DNA of 64,000 nucleotides from Promethearchaeota archaeon (GCA_030599585.1 JAUVNS010000011.1:64001-128000); one strand, 5' to 3'. Positions 10,195-19,715 are shown, numbered from the stretch's first letter. Notes: generated by a model not told the origin, from the letters alone. Numbers and translations: made by a program.

Positions 10195-11547
10195 TCAAAG
10201 TTCTTTCTTCATTTTATTAATTTCAGACCAAAAATATTTAATCGTGATATAATACCATAGTAAAAGTCCAGGTATTACTATAATTAAAGATATTAGAATA
10301 TTAGTAGGTATTATTAAACCAAAAATATCAAGATCTATAAAATCTATGGGGATAATAAATAAATCAATAGCGACAAGATATATATACCCTATTACGATTA
10401 AAATTACCATGAGAATTACGATCCCTCTTATTCTAGGATACCGATACAATAAAAATACGGTAATTAACCCAAAGAAACTCGAAATTAATGTTATTGTAAT
10501 AAAATCTATTGGTGAATTCATCAATAGTGTTGTTAAAATAGCAAAAAAGCCACATATTATCGAAATTATGTAAAAATTTTTAACTAAATCTGGTTCTTTC
10601 ATTGGTCCTTTAGCTAATATTAACCGAGGTAATGTCAAAGCAGCGCTTTTTAGATCTGAAGCCTTCATAAAATCATTTTCTATTAATAAAACATCGCTTC
10701 TATTATCTAATATTTCACTACTCTCGACGAGCCCCTTTACAGAATAAATGACATAAAAGCTATTAAATATATGAATAAGCAATGCACAAAAAACTGCTGC
10801 TTCAAGCGAACCAATTAGTGCGATCGAAGCAAAAATTGCTCCAATGCTTAATGTTCCAACATCCCCTGGAAAAATTTTAGCTGGAAACTTGTTATATAAG
10901 AAAAAGGGTACGAGTATTGCTAAGGATACAACTGAAAATAACAAACCTTCTGCGGAGTCCCATATAATAGAGCAAATAATCAAGGAAAATAAAGCGATAA
11001 TAGATGTCCCTGAACCTTCACCATTGTATCCTTCTAACATATTTACTGTATTAGCAAAAACAGCAACGATCAAAGGAGCGAGAATAGGATATATAAGATT
11101 TAGCCTTAATTTTCCCAAAAAGGGGATTGTAGGAGATTCGATTTGTATAAAACCAAAAACATTTGCCAAAAATATCACTATTCCTGTAAATAATGTTAGC
11201 AACAGCTTGTATCTTGATCTTAATTTGATTCTGTCATCTAAATAGCCAATTAAACCAGAAATTACTACTGTTAAAACAAAAATCAAAATTTCATTAAAGA
11301 AATCTGGAAAAAATACAGTTAGTAATATAGCAGTAAATGATATACCAATGATAATAGAAATCCCACCAGATTCCGGGACTTCAGTTTTTAAGTTCTTATG
11401 TATGTCTATCCCCGTGTATCCCTTCCGTTTCATGATTCTAATAATATAAGGGATAATTACTAATGTTGTGACAAATCCTACAATGAAAGATATAATTAAG
11501 TAAATTGTTTCTAAAATGCCCCAATTCATAGTAGATAGCCGAATCAT
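10195..11547 (-). CDS. aglH: UDP-GlcNAc:dolichyl-phosphate GlcNAc-1-phosphotransferase (AglH/Alg7, MraY family)
   Basis: GIDIHK..VPESGG, GYLDD, NTVNMLEGYNG, YNKFPAKIFPGDVG; extra C-terminal TM segments. Confidence 0.85.
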   Translation of the reverse strand: MIRLSTMNWGILETIYLIISFIVGFVTTLVIIPYIIRIMKRKGYTGIDIHKNLKTEVPESGGISIIIGISFTAILLTVFFPDFFNEILIFVLTVVISGLIGYLDDRIKLRSRYKLLLTLFTGIVIFLANVFGFIQIESPTIPFLGKLRLNLIYPILAPLIVAVFANTVNMLEGYNGEGSGTSIIALFSLIICSIIWDSAEGLLFSVVSLAILVPFFLYNKFPAKIFPGDVGTLSIGAIFASIALIGSLEAAVFCALLIHIFNSFYVIYSVKGLVESSEILDNRSDVLLIENDFMKASDLKSAALTLPRLILAKGPMKEPDLVKNFYIISIICGFFAILTTLLMNSPIDFITITLISSFFGLITVFLLYRYPRIRGIVILMVILIVIGYIYLVAIDLFIIPIDFIDLDIFGLIIPTNILISLIIVIPGLLLWYYITIKYFWSEINKMKKEL

Positions 11548-11599
11548 GATAAATCATCCAGTTTTGGATTATAAAATCTTTTAAAATAAAAGACATAAG

Positions 11600-11701
11600 T
11601 AGCCCGGCACGGAATTTCGATTATCGAAATAACTCGATAATATTCGAACCGTGGTCACGGGGTTCAAGGCCCCAGATGCTTGGCCACTACACCACCGGGC
11701 T
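11600..11701 (-). tRNA. tRNA-Gln(UUG) with a 29-nt BHB intron in the T-loop (position 59/60; intron 11614-11642)
   Basis: Minus strand reads AGCCCGG TG GTGT AGTGGCCAA GCAT C TGGGG CCTTGAA CCCCG TGAC CACGG TTCGAA [intron] T CCGTG CCGGGCT A. A1-U72 is typical of archaeal tRNA-Gln; anticodon at 11665-11667; CCA not encoded. Confidence 0.9.
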
Positions 11702-11714
11702 TTAATAATTATTT

Positions 11715-12338
11715 TTATAGATTAAATGGTTTTAAATTTTGTTTAAAAAATGTGTTATCTAATAAATCTTTATTGGTTTTCAGAAAGATAATATCTGCTC
11801 CTTCATCTCTATATTCATCAGGTAACATCTGCGGAATAGTTTCGATGATTGGAAACCATCTCTTACATTTAGAACAGAACAGCAACCCCGTTTCAATTTC
11901 AATATCAGTTTTGAATTTGTTTAATAGATATAATTCTGGTAAAATTGTATCAATATGTTCATTCATCAAATTGTTTGAAAAAGCGATTAATTTTGGTTTT
12001 ATATCATTTTGAATAACGCGAATACATCGCTTACTTAGCGCAAATGAGGATTTATCGCTTATATTATCTACTTCTTTAACACTAGAAATTATTGCATTTA
12101 CATAATAGCCAAGTTTACTTTTTTTGATCACAATTTCGTCTTTCAGAAGTAAATTTTCATTTTCTTGCTCAATTTCAATAATATTTTCCTTTTTAATACT
12201 AACTAAGTCTCTCTTATCATACACTTCTAATATTTCTTTAAAAACATTTTCCTTCGTTTCAAAAGAAAAGATTACCAACTCTAGCGGATAATATTTATCA
12301 ATCGGGCAAGCTAAAATATCGCACAACCACGGTCTCAT
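11715..12338 (-). CDS. trm112: Trm112-family methyltransferase activator with a long central insertion
   Basis: N-terminal LCDILACPIDKYYPLEL and C-terminal IETGLLFCSKCKRWFPIIETIPQMLP form the split zinc-knuckle of Trm112. Confidence 0.85.
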   Translation of the reverse strand: MRPWLCDILACPIDKYYPLELVIFSFETKENVFKEILEVYDKRDLVSIKKENIIEIEQENENLLLKDEIVIKKSKLGYYVNAIISSVKEVDNISDKSSFALSKRCIRVIQNDIKPKLIAFSNNLMNEHIDTILPELYLLNKFKTDIEIETGLLFCSKCKRWFPIIETIPQMLPDEYRDEGADIIFLKTNKDLLDNTFFKQNLKPFNL

Positions 12339-12359
12339 TAATTCACCGAAATTTATTAT

Positions 12360-14222
12360 TTACAATAAATAACTTCTTAGCTGTTGAATATATTTATCGA
12401 TCGTTCTATCTAATTTTTTTTGTCTATTGAAGAAATCATCTGATAATTTTTGGTATGCTGCTTTAGAAGGTAATTTACCTCTTTTATATCTCGCCTCCAA
12501 GAGATTTAAGCTATCCGAAATACTTATTCTTTCGGCATCTAACACATCAAGTCTTTTTACAATATTACTAAATGTTTCGTTAGTTTCCATCAATATTTTC
12601 TTGAAAGGGAGGATTTCGTCTTTAATCTGGTCAATTTTTATCGTGTTTTTGCTTAATAAATTTTTATAAGTCTTTTTTGCTAACTTCTTGCGCTTTGTTT
12701 CACTTTCTGCTTTTCTAATTTCCAACACTAATGCATTTCTTTCTTCGTATAATGAGCAAAATTCTCTAATTTCGCTAACAGGGATGAAATCCTTTTTGAA
12801 GATCGATACTTGTTCCTCTCTTTTTAATGTTTTAATTGCAAGAACGAAAAGCGACGACAGTAAAGCAATGATCATAATGAACACAACAGGCCTAATTAAT
12901 ATTTCAAATAAATCAATAGTGTAGGTTAATAGTACATATTTCTTTTCTAGTGGACTAACATTTTCTAGGCTAAATACTAAAACTTTAGTATTTCCCGAGT
13001 TATGCAAAGCTTCTGGTAATGAAGACATATAATCTATTCTACCACAACCTTCGATAATCACATTTGTATTTTGTTCGTATATTAGATATTCATATTTAGT
13101 CGTAAGTAGATTTATTGAAATAGATTGTTGAAGCCAATTAAAGGATGTGTATCCTTCAGGAGGAAGATAATATTCAAGATAAAACTTAAATTTTGATGTT
13201 GGTGTCAGCGAAACTCTATTCTGGTATAATTGAATAGAAACACTTTTTGTTGAAACTTCATCAATAGATTCTATGAGAGATACTCCTAGGATCTCTCCCA
13301 GATCATCATAAACTTTTACATTAATTGCATCGATTGGAATTTTCATTGATAATAAACCGACTTCAATAATTCCAACATTTTCAATTGTAATTTCTTCAAC
13401 ATTTTTAATAGTGCCCCAGGGAGATATGTAAATATCCTTGTCTATCTTTTCAATTTCTAATTTTGATGTAAATCTATCTTTTACAGAAATATATGTTTCG
13501 TTATGTTCACCTAAATTTACTAAAAAAGGCTCCAGATGATTAATTTCAAGATTTGCCCCTAAATCGTAAACAATGTTACTTCCCCCAACCAAAATCCCCA
13601 TACCCCCAATTTGTTTATGAAAGTCTAACGTTGATCCTACTGGTAACAGATAATTTCCTCTGATGACCCCTTTGCTCGTATAAGGTAAAAGAGGAAACAG
13701 CGGTCCTTGAAAAACTAAAAGTTGGGTTACCTCATTATCAATAAATGCTAGCTCGTAAGATATTAAATTTGTATATGAATGGAGAACAGTTAAAGTAACT
13801 TCTTGTGATGGTAAAAGGGGCACATCAAGATAAATCGTTATCATTTCGAAAACATCCATTATTTCATTGGATCTTTCGATTGATAGTGTGTTCCCTGTTT
13901 CGCCAAAAGCGTTAAAATAAATTAAATTATTTGAATCTTCAATTTTTATTCCAAATAAAATTGAACTAATCGGGTTGTTATTATTATTTAAGATTGTTAG
14001 CCTATCTTTTATACTTACTAACCCATAAGTACTTAAATTAGTGGTTCTTATTATTTCTACCACTAAAATGTTATCTGCACCTTCTAAATTCCCCGATAGT
14101 TGAGGGTCTTCAACTGAAAACTGATGTTGATAATTTGGTGAAAAATTATCTTGAATAGCTGAAAAAACGATCATAGCAGATAAAAGACCAATAAATATAA
14201 TGAAAAAACTTTTTCTTCTCAT
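12360..14222 (-). CDS. Ribophorin I / Ost1-like oligosaccharyltransferase accessory subunit
   Basis: Signal peptide; duplicated beta-rich lumenal module (IIRTTNLSTYGLVSIKDRLTILN and IDKDIYISPWGTIKNVEEITIEN, resembling the ribophorin I 'R.IEVSHWGNI.VEE' motif); single TM at about aa 442-463; C-terminal helical/coiled-coil tail. Confidence 0.72.
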   Translation of the reverse strand: MRRKSFFIIFIGLLSAMIVFSAIQDNFSPNYQHQFSVEDPQLSGNLEGADNILVVEIIRTTNLSTYGLVSIKDRLTILNNNNNPISSILFGIKIEDSNNLIYFNAFGETGNTLSIERSNEIMDVFEMITIYLDVPLLPSQEVTLTVLHSYTNLISYELAFIDNEVTQLLVFQGPLFPLLPYTSKGVIRGNYLLPVGSTLDFHKQIGGMGILVGGSNIVYDLGANLEINHLEPFLVNLGEHNETYISVKDRFTSKLEIEKIDKDIYISPWGTIKNVEEITIENVGIIEVGLLSMKIPIDAINVKVYDDLGEILGVSLIESIDEVSTKSVSIQLYQNRVSLTPTSKFKFYLEYYLPPEGYTSFNWLQQSISINLLTTKYEYLIYEQNTNVIIEGCGRIDYMSSLPEALHNSGNTKVLVFSLENVSPLEKKYVLLTYTIDLFEILIRPVVFIMIIALLSSLFVLAIKTLKREEQVSIFKKDFIPVSEIREFCSLYEERNALVLEIRKAESETKRKKLAKKTYKNLLSKNTIKIDQIKDEILPFKKILMETNETFSNIVKRLDVLDAERISISDSLNLLEARYKRGKLPSKAAYQKLSDDFFNRQKKLDRTIDKYIQQLRSYLL

Positions 14223-14378
14223 AATTTAATTCCTTTTCAAACTCGAATTAACTAACAATAATTAATACCATTAATAAAAATTTATTATATTTTTTTATAT
14301 GATTCAAGATAAAACTTATTATTTTTGTTGTTTTAAATTTATTTAATTTATAAAAATAATTGCATTATAAAAATAAAA

Positions 14379-14594
14379 ATGTCGTCTCAACGTAGCCAAT
14401 CAAGACGTAAAAAAAGGAGAAGCGGAAGCGCACCAATGCCATTAGGAGGCGCTGGTTTGATGAGGTTTTTCGAGGATAGTTCAATTGGAATCAAAGTTAG
14501 CCCGATAACAACTGTTATTTTTGCTAGTGCTTTAATATTAATAGTAATTTTTGCTTGGCTAGGTATTTTTAATTGGTTGTTTACACCCTCGTAA
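14379..14594 (+). CDS. secG: Preprotein translocase subunit Sec61beta (archaeal SecG)
   Basis: Basic N-terminus, GAGLMRFFEDSSIGIKVSP, then one C-terminal TM segment. Confidence 0.92.
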   Translation: MSSQRSQSRRKKRRSGSAPMPLGGAGLMRFFEDSSIGIKVSPITTVIFASALILIVIFAWLGIFNWLFTPS

Positions 14595-14636
14595 CTTTAT
14601 TTTTAACATTTTTTATGAAGGTGATTACATTTAAAC

Positions 14637-14930
14637 ATGCGTATGTCGGAATTTCAGGCGTTACTCAAAAAGCTCTACCTTCACAAGGACCTAAATCGAG
14701 GGATTAATAGCACGTACATCTGGCTTATTGAAGAAATTGGTGAGCTTGCTACTTTATTAAACGCCCAAGAATTAGATAAAAAAAAGATTTCTGAAGAGTT
14801 AGCAGATATAATAGCCTGGACAATTTCTATTGCAAATATCTTAAATATTGATATAGAAAAAGCTATAGTTAGTAAATATCCTAATAAGTGTAAAAAGTGT
14901 AATTCCTCTCCTTGTAATTGTGTAAAATGA
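14637..14930 (+). CDS. MazG-like nucleotide pyrophosphohydrolase
   Basis: WLIEEIGELA...EELADIIAW; C-terminal KYPNKCKKCNSSPCNC. Confidence 0.88.
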   Translation: MRMSEFQALLKKLYLHKDLNRGINSTYIWLIEEIGELATLLNAQELDKKKISEELADIIAWTISIANILNIDIEKAIVSKYPNKCKKCNSSPCNCVK

Positions 14931-14992
14931 TTAAATTAATATTTTTGGCAATATATTTTAACTAAAAATTAAAAGAAAGTGAATCCATAGAA

Positions 14993-15751
14993 GTGAATCT
15001 GGAAGATATAAATAATTCTTTTATTCATAAGAATGCTATCGTGGATAAAAATGCATACATTGATACATTTTCAATAATTGGAAAGGGCGTTAAAATAGAA
15101 AGTGGAGTTTATATCTCTAATGGTGTCAAAATTTACGGGAATGCTTTAATTCAATCAGGAACATATATAGGGGAAAATAGTATCATTGGACACCCTCAAC
15201 GAGCGGAATTATTAACAATTGTAAAGAGTAAGAAGAATGTAACGGATTATGAGAGTCCATTAATTTCTATAGGAACAAATTGTACTATAAGAGCCGGTAG
15301 TATAATTTACTCTGAAGTTTCAATCGGGAAAAATTGTCAAACAGGACACAATGTTATGATAAGAGAAAAAACATCAATAGGGCATAATACAATTATAGGT
15401 ACTAATACTGTTATTGATGGTAATGTAATAATAGGCAATGAAGTCAGTATTCAAACGGGCGTATATATTCCGTTAAATTGCAGAATTGGAAATAATGTAT
15501 TTATGGGTCCTTTCAGTAAATTAACGAATGATAAATACATGATGCGGAAGGTACCTGATTTAATTGGTCCAACAATTGAAGACGAAGTATCCTTAGGTGC
15601 AAACTCAGTTATTTTACCGGGAATCACTTTAAAAAGGGGAACAATGGTTGGAGCAGGTGCCGTTGTTACAAAAAATACTGCGGAAGGGGATATAGTTGTA
15701 GGAAATCCTGCTAAGTTTTTAAAAAAAAAACCTGCAGATTGGATTTTTTAG
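14993..15751 (+). CDS. Hexapeptide-repeat (left-handed beta-helix) sugar N-acetyltransferase, WbpD-like
   Basis: Repeated [IV]GxxxxI hexapeptides, FMGP..LTNDKY, GAGAVVTK, VVGNPAK; GTG start. Confidence 0.85.
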   Translation: MNLEDINNSFIHKNAIVDKNAYIDTFSIIGKGVKIESGVYISNGVKIYGNALIQSGTYIGENSIIGHPQRAELLTIVKSKKNVTDYESPLISIGTNCTIRAGSIIYSEVSIGKNCQTGHNVMIREKTSIGHNTIIGTNTVIDGNVIIGNEVSIQTGVYIPLNCRIGNNVFMGPFSKLTNDKYMMRKVPDLIGPTIEDEVSLGANSVILPGITLKRGTMVGAGAVVTKNTAEGDIVVGNPAKFLKKKPADWIF

Positions 15752-15807
15752 CAAAATATACTTATTTATTTAATTTTTAAATAATAACTGAAAGAACTGG
15801 TATAATT

Positions 15808-16917
15808 ATGAGTCTGTCAGGGAAGAAAATTTGGATTGATATAGAAGAACCAAAAACAGGGATAATGTTTAAATCTCTTCTAGAAAAATTTAGAAATGAT
15901 GGAGCTGATATCCTTGTTACAGCAAGAGATTACGACTCAACCTTTCAAATTCTAGATGATTTAGAAGTAAATTATGAGAAAGTAGGGACACATGGGGGTG
16001 CCACCTTAGAAAAAAAATTAGAGTCATATATCAATCGTTTAGTGGAATTATATCCTAAGGTTGTAAATTTTAAGCCAAATTATTTTATTACATTTTCATC
16101 TGTTGAAGGTGCAAGAATCTCATATGGGCTAAATATCCCTTCAATAGGTTATAACGACGAACCTCGTAATGTTCCAGTATGTAAACTGATATTTCCCTAT
16201 TTAGATAATATTATTACTCCAATTTGTGTTCCCGAACAGCTGTATATAGACCTTCACGCAAATCCAAATAAAATATTAAGATATAATGGTATAGACGAGA
16301 TTGCTTGGTTATCGGAATATCAACCAAATCCTTCCATTCTTGATGAATTCAACTTAAAGAAAGGAGAATACGTACTTATACGAAGTGAACCCTCATTTGC
16401 AAGCTACTTTATTGATATTCTTAAGCCAGAAGAATCATTAATTAGTAAATTTTTTCCTCCAATATTTAAAGAATTTCCAAATCATAAATTTTTGATAATT
16501 GTAAGAACTAAAAAGCAAGAGTTATTTCTCAACGAGAAATTGGAGAATTACTTAGGAAATTCCAACATAAAAATAACAAGATACATGCCGAATATTGTTG
16601 ACCTATGTTTTTACAGCAGTTTAGTGATCAGCGGTGGTGGAACAATTGTACGTGAATCAAGTCTATTAAATGTACCAAGTATAGAATTTTTTCCAGGAGA
16701 GACCGCACCCCAAGAGCTTTTTTTAATAAATAATGGCTTTCCGTTACAACATATCAAAGAGATTGATGAAATTGTAAAAAAATCTTTGGAAATTCTTTCA
16801 ACAAAACCGAAATCTGATAGGTTTAACAATAGTTTTCAAGAAAAACTATTGAATTTTGAGAATCCAAATGATATCTGTTATAAATTTGTTAAAAAAAAAC
16901 TCTTGGAGCGTTCTTAG
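15808..16917 (+). CDS. DUF354-type GT-B fold putative glycosyltransferase
   Basis: KIWIDI, VTARDY, VGTHGG, YNGIDEIAW, LVISGGGTIVRESSLLNVPSI. Confidence 0.78.
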   Translation: MSLSGKKIWIDIEEPKTGIMFKSLLEKFRNDGADILVTARDYDSTFQILDDLEVNYEKVGTHGGATLEKKLESYINRLVELYPKVVNFKPNYFITFSSVEGARISYGLNIPSIGYNDEPRNVPVCKLIFPYLDNIITPICVPEQLYIDLHANPNKILRYNGIDEIAWLSEYQPNPSILDEFNLKKGEYVLIRSEPSFASYFIDILKPEESLISKFFPPIFKEFPNHKFLIIVRTKKQELFLNEKLENYLGNSNIKITRYMPNIVDLCFYSSLVISGGGTIVRESSLLNVPSIEFFPGETAPQELFLINNGFPLQHIKEIDEIVKKSLEILSTKPKSDRFNNSFQEKLLNFENPNDICYKFVKKKLLERS

Positions 16918-18023
16918 AGAATCAAAAATTTCTCATATTCGTTTTCTAATCTTTTACCTACAGCGTTCCAACTGTATTTTTGGATATACTGTCGAGCCCC
17001 ATTAACTAATTGATTTCTTAAATCGTCATCGCTCAATAGAAGACTAATTTTCGCAGCCAATTTACCTGGATTTTTAGGTGGAACAAAAAGTGCGTGATCT
17101 TCTAAAATTTCTTTATATACTGAAATTGCTGAACATATAACAGGAGTTCCACAAGAAATAGCTTCCAAAGAGGTTAATCCAAATCCTTCAGATGAAGATG
17201 AATAAGTGATGAAGATATCTCCCATAGAAAAATAGAATGGAATTTCAGTTTCGGGGATAAAACCTAAAAAACGAACATCTTCATAATCAGCAACCCAGTT
17301 ATTGTATTCCTTTTCCATTAAAAAATCAGGTTTTCCACCAATAACTAAATTGAGATTAGGGTTTTCGCTTTTAACTATCCTATAAGCTTCAATAATACTT
17401 TTCACACCCTTATATTGTGTTATTCTTCCAACGTACAATAAAACGGGTCCATGAATACTTAGTTTTTCCTTTAACTTTTGAGCTTCATTAGGATATGGTT
17501 TGTATTTTTCATCAATACCATTGTAAATCGTTTGAATTTTATTCTTGTCAATATTTGGAATAAAATGTTGAAATTCTTGTTTAACAAAATTAGATACTGT
17601 CACTATTGAAGATGCTCTTCTTGAAACAAATTTAATTAAGAGCTTTTCTAATGGAATTTTTGTGAGTTGTGTTTCAAAAGGAGTAAAATCGTGAATTGTA
17701 CATATGAATTTTTTCTGACGAGATAAAATCACTGGTAAGGCAGCCTTTGCGCTATTTGCATGCACAATATCGAATCTATTTCTTCTTAAGTATCTGATGA
17801 CTTTAAAATAAAAATGAAGCACCCACAGAAACCTTTTTTTAATTAGATCAAACTGAATAATGTCTGGAGTATCTAAGTCTTTATTCCATTTACCGGTGAC
17901 TAATTTAACGCTATGCCCTTGTTTTTTTAAATATTCAAAAAGTGCTCTTATGACTTTTGCCTCTCCATCCACGCTATCTGGTGAAACAGTTAAAGAAATA
18001 AGGCATATTTTTAGTTTTTTCAT
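16914..18023 (-). CDS. GT4-family glycosyltransferase
   Basis: DIVHAN, TVSNF, IYNGID, LYVGRITQYKGV, EGFGLTSLEAISCGTPVI. Confidence 0.92.
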   Translation of the reverse strand: MKKLKICLISLTVSPDSVDGEAKVIRALFEYLKKQGHSVKLVTGKWNKDLDTPDIIQFDLIKKRFLWVLHFYFKVIRYLRRNRFDIVHANSAKAALPVILSRQKKFICTIHDFTPFETQLTKIPLEKLLIKFVSRRASSIVTVSNFVKQEFQHFIPNIDKNKIQTIYNGIDEKYKPYPNEAQKLKEKLSIHGPVLLYVGRITQYKGVKSIIEAYRIVKSENPNLNLVIGGKPDFLMEKEYNNWVADYEDVRFLGFIPETEIPFYFSMGDIFITYSSSSEGFGLTSLEAISCGTPVICSAISVYKEILEDHALFVPPKNPGKLAAKISLLLSDDDLRNQLVNGARQYIQKYSWNAVGKRLENEYEKFLIL

Positions 18024-18060
18024 AAGCTCTCTGAGATTACCTGGGTTAATATCGCCAATT

Positions 18061-19041
18061 TCAAGTTAGCTGTTTAAATCCGTCTTCAGTTATCAGTATC
18101 GTTTCTTCGCTCTGAGCTACAAACTCCCCCTTTTTTTCTGCTAGAACATAATGAACTTGAATTTTTCCTTGTTGAATTAATTCTTGGAGTCCAAAAGCAA
18201 CACCCATTCTAAAATCTTTAGCTAACCATCTTTCTGCAAAAGGAAGCGTTTTATAATTTTTATTGATATGTCCTAGAATTTGCTTAGATGTCTTTCTCCT
18301 TAGTGGGACTCTTCCTGCGTAAGGGTTTAATTCATAGATATAAGAAGCATTTGTATTATGGACGCTTCCTTCTCCTGTTGAAGCAAAAATTTCTATGGCA
18401 AAAACTTCCCCTTCTTCCATAACATCCCCACCTTGGTTACCCAATTCAGGCAATTGTTTTTTACCGTGCACAATCCATCTTTCAATTTGATGTCCGCCTA
18501 ATTCTTTTATTGGGTTAAATTTAAATCCTTTAACGATGCTTTCAATTTTTTTTCCTAATTCCCTAGTATTGATTTTGGGTTTAGCTAACATTTTTGCTGC
18601 TTCAAGCGCTACTTCAGTTGCTTGAATTATATTTTCAAGGGATGTTTCATCATTAAAACTTACTGTAAAGGCGGTGTCAACAATGTAACCTTCGATATGA
18701 ACTCCTAAATCAATTTTCACAATATCTCCTTCATTAATGGTAAGTTCATCGTCTTTAATAGGAGAAGTATAATGAGCTGCTATATTATTTATACTTACAT
18801 TGATAGGGAACGCCCTTCCTCCACCTAACTCGATGATTTTTGCTTCTGCGCTTTTAATAAGATTAAATACATTTGTTCCAACCTTTAGTTGTGGTTTAAT
18901 GAATTTTTTTATATCTTGAGCGATTTTACCAGCTTTATTAAGAGAATCCAACTTGATTTTTTTTTCTTTGGCTTCAGTTTCTGCATCTTCCTTACTACTT
19001 CCTTGATCAGATTGATTTTTCATTTTGTTTATTTCATTCAT
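18061..19041 (-). CDS. map: Methionine aminopeptidase type 2
   Basis: AFPINVSINNIAAHY, KIDLGVHIEGYIVDTA, LGGHQI, FAIEIFASTGEG, LPFAERWL. Confidence 0.95.
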   Translation of the reverse strand: MNEINKMKNQSDQGSSKEDAETEAKEKKIKLDSLNKAGKIAQDIKKFIKPQLKVGTNVFNLIKSAEAKIIELGGGRAFPINVSINNIAAHYTSPIKDDELTINEGDIVKIDLGVHIEGYIVDTAFTVSFNDETSLENIIQATEVALEAAKMLAKPKINTRELGKKIESIVKGFKFNPIKELGGHQIERWIVHGKKQLPELGNQGGDVMEEGEVFAIEIFASTGEGSVHNTNASYIYELNPYAGRVPLRRKTSKQILGHINKNYKTLPFAERWLAKDFRMGVAFGLQELIQQGKIQVHYVLAEKKGEFVAQSEETILITEDGFKQLT

Positions 19042-19246
19042 TAATATATGTTAATGTTAAAATTGATAAAAATATTTTTTAATTTAGTACATCATACATT
19101 ATAAAATAGAAAAAATAAGGTAAACATTAATAATTAAATAAAGTTAATTTTAATAGATCATCTAAGTAATTAATTAATCACTCATTACGATGATTTACAT
19201 TTGAGTGAAAATTTTTGCATGATACTAAAACTCTCGTTAAAAAGTT

Positions 19247-19254
19247 AGGAGGGA
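19247..19254 (+). promoter_or_regulatory. Shine-Dalgarno-like site upstream of the roadblock gene
   Basis: AGGAGGGA just upstream of the TTG start at 19262. Confidence 0.5.
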
Positions 19255-19261
19255 TATATGG

Positions 19262-19633
19262 TTGTCTGAGAATATTAGCGAGCTCACGGATCTACTAAGA
19301 AAATTATCAGCAGTAAATAGTGATATAGAGGGTTCCGCTATAGTCAGTGTTCAAGGACTTCCAATTTGTTCCGTTTTAAGTCGTAATGTGAATGATGGCA
19401 TAGTTTCTGCTATGTCAGCAGCTATACAGAGCGTTTCAGAGCGAGCGGTTGAGGAACTTGATAGAGGCGAGTTAAAAAGAATCCTTATTGAAGGTCTGAA
19501 TGGAATTATTGTTCTCTCTAAAGCTGGTGAAAACGCAATTTTATGCACTCTTTGTAGCGCTAATTCTAGTTTAGGCATGGTTTTTCTAAACATCCAGAGC
19601 GTTTCCAATAGGATTGCTACACTTTTAGATTAG
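19262..19633 (+). CDS. Roadblock/LC7 (MglB/LAMTOR-like) domain protein
   Basis: DIEGSAIVSVQGLPI, VSAMSAAI, ELDRGELKRILIEG, LGMVFL. Confidence 0.92.
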   Translation: MSENISELTDLLRKLSAVNSDIEGSAIVSVQGLPICSVLSRNVNDGIVSAMSAAIQSVSERAVEELDRGELKRILIEGLNGIIVLSKAGENAILCTLCSANSSLGMVFLNIQSVSNRIATLLD

Positions 19634-19715
19634 GAAACACAATTATTTTTATTTTCAGTATTAGAAAATTAAAAATTTAAGAAAAGAAAGAAAATACATT
19701 AAGTATTGTTTAATC

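Noticed and set aside
11661-11670. Reading the tRNA as Ser(UGA) by shifting the anticodon one base
   Set aside because: Stem pairing centres the loop on TTG, the variable loop is short, and A1-U72 indicates Gln.
11680-12012. 110-aa plus-strand ORF
   Set aside because: Antisense to trm112 and overlapping the tRNA-Gln gene; a shadow ORF.
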